Shown here piece by piece: positions 30,001-43,404 of a stretch of DNA of 64,000 nt; the stretch's first letter is position 1, and every line of letters begins with the position of its first letter. The stretch lies in contig OZ024750.1 of the NCBI GenBank assembly GCA_964016885.1, positions 30,876,001-30,940,000 of the forward strand, given 5' to 3'. The notes under the pieces are model-generated. The model saw only the letters and a list, made by a program, of their open reading frames with translations. It made no database searches and was not told the DNA's origin. This DNA comes from Eledone cirrhosa (lineage: Eukaryota). Position numbers and translations under genes: made by a program.

Positions 30001-33000
30001 TATGTTTTTCTTTACATAAACATTATTGCTACTAAGAAATGTTTTAAGGGAGATAAGAATAAATGAAGTAAACTAATTGTTTGATTCAATGTGATATTTA
30101 TTTTGACTGATGGCTGATAAAAGTTCCAGAAAATTTGGAAGGAAATGTAATAAAGTAAAATAAAATCAATATGAATTAGATTTTTTACGAAGAATAAGCT
30201 GCTGGTAGAAAGCGATATCATGTAGAAACCACAGAAAATAGTGGAGATTCAAATATTTGTATTAATAGTTGAACATGACATTAAGTTTGAAGAATTATTA
30301 TTGATACAATATTTATAAACCACATTAATATAATGCCAGTAATAAACGTATGAATTACAATAGGAAAATTATATATGAATGAGACAAATTTACAAATTTT
30401 TAAAGAACTCCCTTCAGATAGATATATCTTTCAATTAAATATATAGTTTCCATTTATGTGTGATGTAGGAATGAAGCACTTGCCTGATTAATTATACATA
30501 TGAAATATACCAGCTTTTATGTAATTGTTAGACGTTAACTGGGATTGTTTCAAAATGAGTCCTTATAAAAGAACTGTAAATTTTAAAAAACAAAACTAGA
30601 GATCCAAGTTGCAAATTAATGAAGGTTTATTGGAATTACCAAATATACAGCCATACATATATATTGAAAGATTTATCTACATTGATTCATGAGGAAAGTC
30701 ATTTAACATAAAACTCACGTTGACTAGTTGTTGGTACACTTGATACAACTGCTGAAGTGGCTGGTGCCAGTGTTGTTGTAAGAGGATCTGAAGTTTAGGA
30801 AAGAAATCACAATAATCAAAATCTATGTGACTTTACAAATCAGTTGTAAATAAAGATGAGTTGCATCAGGATTAATAGAAATAAATAAATAGATTGGAAT
30901 TATCACTTACGTTTACAGATTTTGGCAGACACAGATACGACCATATCTTCTGTGATATCATCAGCTTCAATTACAATCGTCACAGTTTCTTGACCATTAC
31001 CACTTGGAATACCAACTGGTCTATCTGGGGTTGATGTCTGTAGAATGGATTTATATTTTTTATTAATGATAAGATTAAATTAAACAGTGATCGTCAAAAA
31101 ATATAGACAATGTCGAAATTCCATTAATGAATGAAATAGAACACTGTCTGAATTATATGTCCTTATATTCTGTAAATTCTAGAATATCATTATATGAATT
31201 GAAATATTAATATAAAGGAAGATACATATGAAATAAGTAGAAAGAAATATGAAACTTGAATGAAAAAATCACCATCAGATTACCTTGATTGTGTATTCTG
31301 TTGAAGGATTTGATAACAAAACAGTATATGATTTCACATTTTCATGGTCAACAAGGCTTATTGTTCCACCGGCATTAAGCGTGGGACCAATTTGTAATGT
31401 GACAGTTCTTTTAGATTTAGCATTAGTTTTCCAGCCAACATTTGGTCTCACATCACTAGGTGATCCGACATTAGGACTTAAGGTGATTGCTGTATCAGGG
31501 ATGAAAGTTTCATCATCCATTGCTTCTGTTATCTCACAGAACACTGTTAAATAAAACAATTACATATTATAAAGTGTCAAAATAAAATGATAATAGTACA
31601 ATTGTTCTATATATGAAGGATAACATATGTAATAATTATTGCATTAATACTCACACTCAGTAGTTCTTTGGACAGTTGGAACAGCTGTCGAAGTTACAGG
31701 TGCTATTGTTGATGACACAGGTGCTATTGTTGATGACACAGGTGCTATTGTTGATGACACAGGTTCTAGAATTTAGAAAGAATATCTACTTAGTGAATTG
31801 TTTTAGACAATTAAAGCAGATCTTTGCACCAGAATAATTGTAAAGAAAATAAAATGAAATATCCTAGATTTCATAGTGAATCTAATCTTTTAAATATTTG
31901 AAAATTAGAGCGTTCCACATATCCATAAGTATGTATTTGTAAATTAGAGCGTTCCACATATCCATGAATAAATCTATGTATTTATATGTTGATTTGTCTA
32001 GATGTATAAAAGGTACACAGCTCAATGTCAGTATTATGTTTTTCTTTACATAAACATTATTGCTACTAAGAAATGTTTTAAGGGAGATAAGAATAAATGA
32101 AGTAAACTAATTGTTTGATTCAATGTGATATTTATTTTGACTGATGGCTGATAAAAGTTCCAGAAAATTTGGAAGGAAATGTAATAAAGTAAAATAAAAT
32201 CAATATGAATTAGACTTTTTACGAAGAATAAGCTGCTGGTAGAAAGCGATATCATGTAGAAACCACAGAAAATAGTGGAGATTCAAATATTTGTATTAAT
32301 AGTTGAACATGACATTAAGTTTGAAGAATTATTATTGATACAATATTTATAAACCACATTAATATAATGCCAGTATTAAACGTATGAATTACAATAGGAA
32401 AATTATATATGAATGAGACAAATTTACAAATTTTTAAAGAACTCCCTTCAGATAGATATATCTTTCAATTAAATATATAGTTTCCATTTATGTGTGATGT
32501 AGTAATGAAGCACTTGCCTGATTAATTATACATATGAAATATACCAGCTTTTATGTAATTGTTAGATGTTAACTGGGATTGTTTCAAAATGAGTCCTTAT
32601 AAAAGAACTGTAAATTTTAAAAACAAAACTAGAGATCCAAGTTGCAAATTAATGAAGGTTTATTGGAATTACCAAATATACAGCCATATATATATATTGA
32701 AAGATTTATCTACATTGATTCATAAGGAAAGTCATTTAACATAAAACTCACGTTGACTAGTTGTTGGTACACTTGATACAACTGCTGAAGTGGCTGGTGC
32801 CAGTGTTGTTGTAAGAGGATCTGAAGTTTAGGAAAGAAATCACAATAATCAAAATCTATGTGACTTTACAAATCAGTTGTAAATAAAGATGAGTTGCATC
32901 AGGATTAATAGAAATAAATAAATAGATTGGAATTATCACTTACGTTTACAGATTTTGGCAGACACAGATATGACCATATCTTCTGTGATATCATCAGCTT

Positions 33001-36000
33001 CAATTACAATCGTCACAGTTTCTTGACCATTACCACTTGGAATACCAACTGGTCTATCTGGGGTTGATGTCTGTAGAATGGATTTACATTTTTTATTAAT
33101 GATAAGATTAAAATAAACAGTGATCGTCAAAAAATATAGACAATGTCGAAATTCCATTAATGAATGAAATAGAACACTGTCTGAATTATATGTCCTTATA
33201 TTCTGTAAATTCTAGAATATCATTATATGAATTGAAATATTAATATAAAGGAAGATACATATGAAATAAGTAGAAAGAAATATGAAACTTGAATGAAAAA
33301 AATCACCATCAGATTACCTTGATTGTGTATTCTGTTGAAGGATTTGATAACAAAACAGTATATGATTTCACATTTTCATGGTCAACAAGGCTTATTGTTC
33401 CACCGGCATTAAGCGTGGGACCAATTTGTAATGTGACAGTTCTTTTAGATTTAGCATTAGTTTTCCAGCCAACATTTGGTCTCACATCACTAGGTGACCC
33501 GACATTAGGACTTAAGGTGATTGCTGTATCAGGGATGAAAGTTTCATCATCCATTGCTTCTGTTATCTCACAGAACACTGTTAAATAAAACAATTACATA
33601 TTATAAAGTGTCAAAATAAAATGATTATAGTACAAATGTTCTATATATGAAGGATAACATATGTAATAATTATTGCATTAATACTCACACTCAGTAGTTC
33701 TTTGGACAGTTGGAACAGCTGTCGAAGTTACAGGTGCTTTTGTTGATGACACAGGTGCTATTGTTGATGACACAGGTTCTAGAATTTAGAAAGAATATCT
33801 ACTTAGTGAATTGTTTTAGACAATTAAAGCAGATCTTTGCACCAGAATAATTGTAAAGAAAATAAAATGAAATATCCTAGATTTCATAGTGAATCTAATC
33901 TTTTAAATATTTGAAAATTAGAGCGTTCCACATATCCATAAGTATGTATTTGTAAATTAGAGCGTTCCACATATCCATGAATAAATCTATGTATTTATAT
34001 GTTGATTTGTCTAGATGTATAAAAGGTACACAGCTCAATGTCAGTATTATGTTTTTCTTTACATAAACATTATTGCTACTAAGAAATGTTTTAAGGGAGA
34101 TAAGAATAAATGAAGTAAACTAATTGTTTGATTCAATGTGATATTTATTTTGACTGATGGCTGATAAAAGTTCCAGAAAATTTGGAAGGAAATGTAATAA
34201 AGTAAAATAAAATCAATATGAATTAGACTTTTTACGAAGAATAAGCTGCTGGTAGAAAGCGATATCATGTAGAAACCACAGAAAATAGTGGAGATTCAAA
34301 TATTTGTATTAATAGTTGAACATGACATTAAGTTTGAAGAATTATTATTGATACAATATTTATAAACAACATTAATATAATGCCAGTAATAAACCAATGA
34401 ATTACATTAGGAAAATTATATCAATGAGACAAATTTACAAATTTTTAATGAACTCCCTTCAGATAGATGTATCTTTCAATTCAATATATAGTTTCCATTT
34501 ATGTGTGATGTAGGAATGAAGCACCTGCCTGATTAATTATATATATGAAATATACCAGCTTTTATGTAATTGTTAGATGTTAACTGGGATTGTTTCAAAA
34601 TGAGTCCTTATTAAAGAACTGTAAATTCTAAAAACAAAACTAGAGATCCAAGTCGCAAATTAATGAAGGTTTATTGGAATTACCAAATATACAGCCATAC
34701 ATATATATTGAAAGATTTATCTACATTGATTCACGAGGAAAGTCAATTAACATAAAACTCACGTTGACTAGTTGTTGGTACACTTGATACAACTGCTGAA
34801 GTGGCTGGTGCCAGTGTTGTTGTAAGAGGATCTGAAGTTTAGGAAAGAAATCACAATAATCAAAATCTATGTGACTTTACAAATCAGTTGTAAATAAAGA
34901 TGAGTTGCATCAGGATTAATAGAAATAAATAAATAGTTTGGAATTATCACTTACGTTTACAGATTTTGGCAGACACAGATACGACCATATCTTCTGTGAT
35001 ATCATCAGCTTCAATTACAATCGTCACAGTTTCTTGACCATTACCACTTGGAATACCAACTGGTCTATCTGGGGTTGATGTCTGTAGAATGGATTTACAT
35101 TTTTTATTAATGATAAGATTGAAATAAACAGTGATCGTCAAAAAATATAGACAATGTCGAAATTCCATTAATGAATGAAATAGAACACTGTCTGAATTAT
35201 ATGTCCTTATATTCTGTAAATTCTAGAATATCATTATATGAATTGAAATATTAATATAAAGGAAGATACATATGAAATAAGTAGAAAGAAATATGAAACT
35301 TGAATGAAAAAAATCACCATCAGATTACCTTGATTGTGAATTCTGTTGAAGGATTTGATAACAAAACAGTATATGATTTCACATTTTCATGGTCAACAAG
35401 GCTTATTGTTCCACCGGCATTAAGCGTGGAACCAATTTGTAATGTGACAGTTCTTTTAGATTTAGCATTAGTTTTCCAGCCAACATTTGGTCTCACATCA
35501 CTAGGTGATCCGACATTAGGACTTAAGGTGATTGCTGTATCAGGGATGAAAGTTTCATCATCCATTGCTTCTGTTATCTCACAGAACACTGTTAAATAAA
35601 ACAATTACATATTATAAAGTGTCAAAATAAAATGATAATAGTACAAATGTTCTATATATGAAGGATAACATATGTAATAATTATTGCATTAATACTCACA
35701 CTCAGTAGTTCTTTGGACAGTTGGAACAGCTGTCGAAGTTACAGGTGCTATTGTTGATGACACAGGTGCTATTGTTGATGACACAGGTTCTAGAATTTAG
35801 AAAGAATATCTACTTAGTGAATTGTTTTAGACAATTAAAGCAGATCTTTGCACCAGAATAATTGTAAAGAAAATAAAATGAAATATCCTAGATTTCATAG
35901 TGAATCTAATCTTTTAAATATTTGTAAATTAGAGCGTTCCACATATCCATAAATAAATGTATGTATTTATGTTGGTATGTCTAGATGTATAAAAGGTACA

Positions 36001-39000
36001 TAGCTCAATGTCAGTATTATATTTTTCTTTTCATAAACATTATTGCTACTAACACATGTTATAAGGAGGATAAGGATACATGAAGTAAACTAATTGTTTG
36101 ATTGAATCTGATATTCATTCTGACTCCTAGCTGTTGAAATTGTCGAGAACAGCAACATATATATTCAATGATTTATCTAAATTGATTCATGAGGAAAGGC
36201 ACTTAATATGAAACTCACGTTGACTAGTTGTTGGTATACTGGATAGAAGTGCTGAAGTGCCTGGTGCCAATGTACTTGTGAGATGAGCTGAAATTTCAGA
36301 AAAAAAAAATTACAATTATATCCAATATTTCATAGTGAATCTCATCTTTCAAATATTTGTAAATTAGAGTATTCCCCATATCCATATATAAATGTATATA
36401 TGTATATATGTTGATATATTAATACATTTTGTTATTTGATTAAGTATAAATGAAGAAAAGTTGAATCTGAAAATTATTCTCAATCATAGCTCATGAAATT
36501 ATCGAGAAACATTTGCTGTATTGGAAAACAAAATATGAAAATCAATTTAAATCAGACTGATATACAAAGAATACCGCTCATGTTTGGTGATCAAAAGCAA
36601 TATCATGTAGGATTTAAAACAAATAGTGTAGATTTACATCTTTAAATATTGATAACACCTTTGAAATAATGAATATATTTATTGAATTCTTTGTCGTGTA
36701 TACTTTATCTGCAATTTTGTTATTTGTGTATATATATATATATGTCATTTCTTTTTACATTAAATCACAGACATAAATAATCTATTGTCTGAATTCCTTT
36801 CACAAATATTTGAGATAATTCTGTGCAGTAATTTTTTGTGTCTGAAGACTAGATTCGATGCAAATAATTTTGAACATTTTTCTGAATAATGAATTAGAGA
36901 ATATATATTTTTGCTAATAATGTTTTATTTCTATGTTTTCTTTTGTGTGATCTTTTTTACCTGTAAGATACATTGCATCATACTGTTTTAATTTTACACT
37001 GAGACTGGGTTATTTTTGTCTTTTACATCTACATATTTTTCCTAGTTCATAAATTGATGATACATATATCTATCTAGGGCGGGTAAAATTCCTTAGATCC
37101 ATGGACGAGTCCTCTCCAGCGGTCTCTGTCACTCATCATCGCTGCCATGTCCTGCATCTCCAAGAGACCAGTGTCTGTCCTTAGGGCATCAACATATGTC
37201 AACCTCAGTCTCCCTCTTCCAGTGTGTCCATGCAGGGAACACTGAATGTAATGTCAACTCTGGATGTCAGTGAGCATGTTCAGCTAATCTCAGTCGCCTC
37301 TGTGCTACACTTGAGCTGACTTTTGGGAGGCTCCCATACAGCTCTGAGTTCTTCATCCTCAGTGTATACTGATTAATGTTCAGAGCCATCCTCAGCATTC
37401 TTGTATAGCACCCATCCACCATCTGAGTGACATAGTTCTGGTGACAAACACAGTGAAGGAGGCAGAGGAGTTGATGCAGGAGGTGGAGACTATGTCGATG
37501 AATGTGGATCTGAGATTGAATGAGATTAAGACAAAGTATCTGGTAGAGAATATTAAGAAACCAGAGAAGATTACTAAAGTAGGCAGGAAGCCGCTAGAAT
37601 TGGTTGAGGATTTCCTGTATCTGGGAGCAAAGATTGGGAATACAGAAGATGATGTGGTCGAGAGGAAGAGCAAAGCCTGGGCGGCGTGCCACAGTTTGAG
37701 ATTGGTGTGGAAGTTGGACCTTGTAAAACCTGAAGATCTGTCTCTCCATTGCTGTAGTGGAATCTGTGCTGCTGAATGGGTCTGAGATTTGGACACTGAC
37801 CAAGAATACACATATATATGTGTATATATATATATATATGAAGTGTGTATGTATATTACATATATATGGTATATGTATATGCACACAAATATATATATAT
37901 ATATATTATCATGATATGTGCATGTATATATATATATTATGCTGGTACCACAAAACATCCAGCCCACACTGTAAAGTGATCTTGTAGGTGTCACAACAAA
38001 AGACATCCAGCCCACACTGTAAAGTGATCTTGTAGGTGTCACAACAAAAGACACCCAGACCACACTGTAAAGTGATCTTGTAGGTGTCACAACAAAAGAC
38101 ACCCAGACCACACTGTAAAGTGATCTTGTAGGTGTCACAACAAAAGACACCCAGCCCACACTGTAAAGTGATCTTGTAGGTGTCACAACAAAAGACACCC
38201 AGACCACACTGTAAAGTGATCTTGTAGGTGTCACAACAAAAGACACCCAGCCCACACTGTAAAGTGATCTTGTAGGTGTCACAACAAAAGACACCCAGAC
38301 CACACTGTAAAGTGATCTTGTAGGTGTCACAACAAAAGACACCCAGACCACACTGTAAAGTGATCTTGTAGGTGTCACAACAAAAGACACCCAGACCACA
38401 CTGTAAAGTGATCTTGTAGGTGTCACAACAAAAGACACCCAGACCACACTGTAAAGTGATCTTGTAGGTGTCACAACAAAAGACACCCAGACCACACTGT
38501 AAAGTGATCTTGTAGGTGTCACAACAAAAGACACCCAGACCACACTGTAAAGTGATCTTGTAGGTGTCACAACAAAAGACACCCAGACCACACTGTAAAG
38601 TGATCTTGTAGGTGTCACAACAAAAGACACCCAGACCACACTGTAAAGTGATCTTGTAGGTGTCACAACAAAAGACACCCAGACCACACTGTAAAGTGAT
38701 CTTGTAGGTGTCACAACAAAAGACACCCAGACCACACTGTAAAGTGATCTTGTAGGTGTCACAACAAAAGACACCCAGACCACACTGTAAAGTGATCTTG
38801 TAGGTGTCACAACAAAAGACACCCAGACCACACTGTAAAGTGGACATCTAAAAGTTGTGGCAAAAAGCATCCAGCACACACTGTCAATATGATTGGCGTT
38901 AGGAAGGGCATCCAGCTGTAGAAAACCAGCCAGAAACAGTCTTATATGTGTGAGACATGGTCATCCGACTCAACTTGCTTCTAAATGGGACAAACCCCTC

Positions 39001-42000
39001 TAACCCATGCTAGCGTGGAAGATAGATGTTAATTGATGATGGGGATGAATGTTTGTATCTATGCAGAAATTTATTTCTGATCACATGCAGACTCATGATG
39101 ATAATAAATTCATATATACATTTGTCATTGCAGTTTATAAAAGAAAAGTTTTTTTTTATCTATTACATGTCGCATAACTTGATAGAAGTGTGGTGGGCAT
39201 CATTGTGAAAACTATTTTCGTTACAGGTTTTACAGCAATGCTTGAAATTTCCTGTGTACTGACTACTGTTGAATAAGCCGTTGAAACTGGAATGAAAATA
39301 TATAAGCTTGTATAGAGATATAAGGTTTTATTGAAATTGTATATTATGCAAAATAAAAATATGTATTAATTCTTAACATCCTGTAATGATTTAGCAGAGA
39401 ATGTCTAAAGCATGTTTACTAAGTTAAATGTTTACAGTACACTGGAACCTCAGTCCCTAAACTTAATTCATTCCTGAAATGTTTGTAAGCTGAAACTATT
39501 TTTCCTATACAAAATGTTTAGAGAGAAATACAGTCAGAAAGAGGCTGTGTGTAAAAGACAGATATATATCACCATAGTAACTAACTAGAAAGCACTTTCC
39601 CACTGATACTCCCAGCTTGTTGCCAATTTTTGTTACTGGCTTGTGTGTGTGTTATTTGAGACACTGTTCATCAACCTTGATGTGTTATGTTCAGAAAAAT
39701 TGCTTGTGAACTGATCTGTTCACAATGAGAGGCATTTGTGAACCAAGGTTCCATTGTATTTTTACAAGTGGACAGATCTTATATTCAATAGTGGACATAA
39801 TTTTGCAGCAAAGTGAGGTAAAGATTTTAATCTTTAATATGATGCAGTCATAAAACTCTTTTGTACTTTTTCAAGAATATCTTGCTAATGTGGTTTCATG
39901 TAGTACAGGACAGTAAGCATTAAAGGACATATATAAATATGGATAATACCTTACAAATAATTGGACTTATTGCATAATTAAATGTTGAATGCTAAGCAAA
40001 TCACACCTATCATCATGTGGATCAACATCAGCACCATCTGTTTTTACCTAATGTTTTTCATGCTTAGCTTATACAGGAATGACTCTTCTTTACACTAAGT
40101 TTAACTATTTCAAGGTCTCTCCTCCATCCACTAACTTGATAAACTATTGAAAATTATAATTGATTTAATACAAAACTATTTGAAGACATGTTTATTTTGA
40201 TGCATATACATATTTCTAAAATATGTAATAAATAGCAACTAAAAATAAAATTTGATATATTGCTCATAGATCTAATGTAAGATATTAAAAATGAAGCTGC
40301 AATTAATATTCAACTGAAAATTGACTCCAAAATGTTTATTTTACTTGTTCTACAACTGGCAAAAATGTAGAGTTAGATAAAGTTCTTACCACAATAATTT
40401 TCATCAGATCCAGAAAAACAATCGAAATTTCCATCACATATCTTGCTTTTATTTATACAATGACCATCTTCACATTGGAATTCATTTTCAAGGCATTTAC
40501 AAATGTCACATGTCATATTTCCTCCATTACATGTGCTGTATGATAGAAAATGAAGTAACCAAAATATATTTTGAATTATATAAGAAACAAAATTCTAATA
40601 TATCATATTTTGTTTAATTGATATTTTATACTAGCAATGATACCCGGTTTTGCTCAGATTTAGTAATACTTAAAATAAAATATCATTATATGGAGAGGCA
40701 GACTTAAATATAATGACATGAATTCACTATATTTCTTTGAAAAGATGCACACAATCTTCAGTTAGCTTGAAACTGTTGGTTTACTTAGAATAAACAAGAC
40801 ATGATCCTCTGTCATATCTTGAAGGGCAGTATCTCTGATAAGTAGTACTTTGGTCAGCAATGACCCTCCAACCAATGCTAGCTTGGAAAATGAATGTAAA
40901 AAATATTTCTTTTTTTTTTTTGCTCAGTAAAAATTTCAGTTTTATTGCAAGTCAATAAAGTCACTAAAAAGCAAGAGGTTACTGAGAAGGGAAAAAGAGA
41001 AGACAAAGAGAACATAATTCAAGGAGAAAGATGATGAGAATTGATGTTGCTTTTGAATTGAAGCTGGAAGAGGGTTGCGTAGGTGAGATGCTTGAGGGAA
41101 GAAACTTACAGAATAGAATTTAGGAATTTCAACTTGTAAATGGATGAAACCTTGCTGTCAATTTGGTGCTCTGTTTAAACTCATGATAATGATAATGATG
41201 ATAGTGGTGTTGCACCCAAGCCATGAAGAAGGTAGTTTAAGTTAAGCTCAATAAAAATGAGCAAATAAAATAAAATAAACACATATAGAACATAAAATAA
41301 AATTTTACTCATACATTTTTTTCATTTTCTTGGAAAATATTTTTTCCAAAATTACTCTTCAAATTTACATGATTGGTCTAATTAGTGTAAACCAATTAGC
41401 ATTCTTAGTAACTTTTGCAATGTCTACAGTAGTACTATAGGTGAAAAGTGTCAATATCTCAGATGTGAATGAAAAATGTGATTTTAAAGTAAGAGGAGAG
41501 AGGAAACCTTAAGTAAATTGAGACAAAAAACAAGAACATCACTCAAAAAGCTATTTAAAGGTATTTAAAAGGCATTTGTAGAAACTTCCTGACTTCTCAG
41601 AGAGTCATGTACAGAGTGAATAGGTGAACACCAGAGGAAAGTGATCTTTAGGGTGCTAGGTAGGTAAACAAAGGGGAAAATGATGCTAAGAATTGGAAGG
41701 AGGTGTTAGAAAGAGCCAGAGTCTCAAACATGGCAAAAGGAAAAAACAAAATTGAAATGGAGAAGAGGAATGGGAGACAAGCAGCAACCATCGTTGTGAT
41801 GACACCCCTTTAGTTCATCCTGTCAGACATACATTCCTATATAAATAATTACAACAGTTATACTGCATAGACATTGGATGTTCTTAATTTAAAGAACAGC
41901 AGAATACAAGACAGTAATGCTGAAATGTTAGAAAGATGAAAGGTAAAAATCATAGCATGTTAAAGTGTATAATAATAGCATGATGAAATAAGGTTTTGAG

Positions 42001-43358
42001 CTGTTTTTTTATTATGTTAGACAGTGTTATTTGAGCCATAGAACAGCACATCCAGATAGGTGGTCAGTGGAGTGGTCAATCATGTTAAAGTGCTGGAATA
42101 GGGGTAGGACCCACCAGGTGTTGTTACAGACATTGGGAAAATGTTTAGAGAACTTGTAACTTTAACAATGCCACACTTTGCCTATGACCATTGCATTGAA
42201 AATATTCAAAACCAAAGAACCCATTCATTTTGTTGTCGTTGTAATGAGTTAAACTGAGGTTATATTCAGATGTCATAATGCTAACATAATGTTATGGCTA
42301 AATGTCAGTAGAAGGGCACCTAGGAGTCATGACCTGGTGCCCAGCCCCCTTAGAGTGTAAAAAGTTAAGGGTAAAAATACTTGATTGAGAGGAGTTTCTT
42401 CCAGCACTCCTGAGAGTTTCTTAACAGTAAGGTTGATAATTATATTTAAAATCTGCATTTTCATGGTATTGCAAACATTATTATATATGTGTTCATGTGT
42501 TTATGCAAATCATCTTTTGATTGGGAAAGGAATAACCCACGTGATACCAACCCACCTGAAACCGCTCATGATTCTATGATACAAAAATTCATTTAAAATT
42601 ATTTATTTTTATTTAAAAATCACTCCATTATAATTTTATATGAAAACCTTTGTTAAGTTATGTTCCAAGTACCAACTTAATAATGCCAAAGTGAATTATT
42701 TTACTTAATCTCTGCGAATTACCGGTTATTTTTACAACTCTTTGAAATGTATAGAAATTTGGTAATGAAAGGGTTAAATACTTACCAATTTTTACAAGAA
42801 TCTACAAACACTTTAGTTCCTGATGGATAAATTTTCTTTTCATATAAACAAGGGCAACTTTCTTCAGGGATGCATTTTCCACCTGCAGTAAAATAAAACA
42901 TCAAACATATTAATATATCCATCTGTATATGTTTAAATATGTGAATATAAAAATATTTGGGTGCTAAAACAAAGAACAATGATTTACTAATTTAATGTAA
43001 GTCATATGCGAACTATCCCTATTTCTTTAGTGTTGGTGCCATGATGAAAAGAACTCAAAACACACTGTATGTAAAGTGGTTGATGGTTGAACAAAAAAAC
43101 ATTGGGCACAGAGGGCTCTTTACTCTTGTCCAGAACATGATCTCTGCACTAGTGCTTGTTCTATGATAAAATATACTTAGTACTCCCTGTAAAGTGGCAA
43201 AGTGGCTGATGTTAGAAAGAGAATTTAGTCATAGAAACTTTGGCAAAAATTGGTATGGAATGCATGAATTAGAATTGGTTCTAATGTAGTAACTCCTAAT
43301 ATAAACTGACTCAGATCATAACAGCCTGCCTGTACAAACCATGCTACTTGCAAAGCAG

Positions 43359-43404
<46 letters not shown>

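Larger units (their letters stand above)
1..36290 (-). repeat. Intragenic tandem array of ~2118-bp four-exon units (17 full + partial 18th), continuing past the left edge
   Basis: Unit starts at 1, 2119, 4237, 6355, 8473, 10591, 12709, 14827, 16945, 19063, 21181, 23299, 25418, 27536, 29655, 31650, 33684, 35695. Standard offsets from unit start: exon A +5..+94, B +1187..+1255, C +1379..+1505, D +1752..+2011. Units 15-17 are 1995, 2034 and 2011 bp. Confidence 0.98.

Noticed and set aside
1-36290. Non-coding satellite or tandem family of separate small genes
   Set aside because: No start or stop per unit; canonical splice sites link the units to one another and to the upstream VWD exons in one frame.
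37959-38842. CRISPR-like array
   Set aside because: Repeats are contiguous with no unique spacers, there are no cas genes, and the context is a eukaryotic intron.
37392-38879. 495-aa and 312-aa repetitive ORFs (including Cys-rich TLQCGLGVFCCDTYKI)
   Set aside because: By-product of a stop-free 48-bp unit inside a SINE-like element; the flanking exons splice in frame without it.
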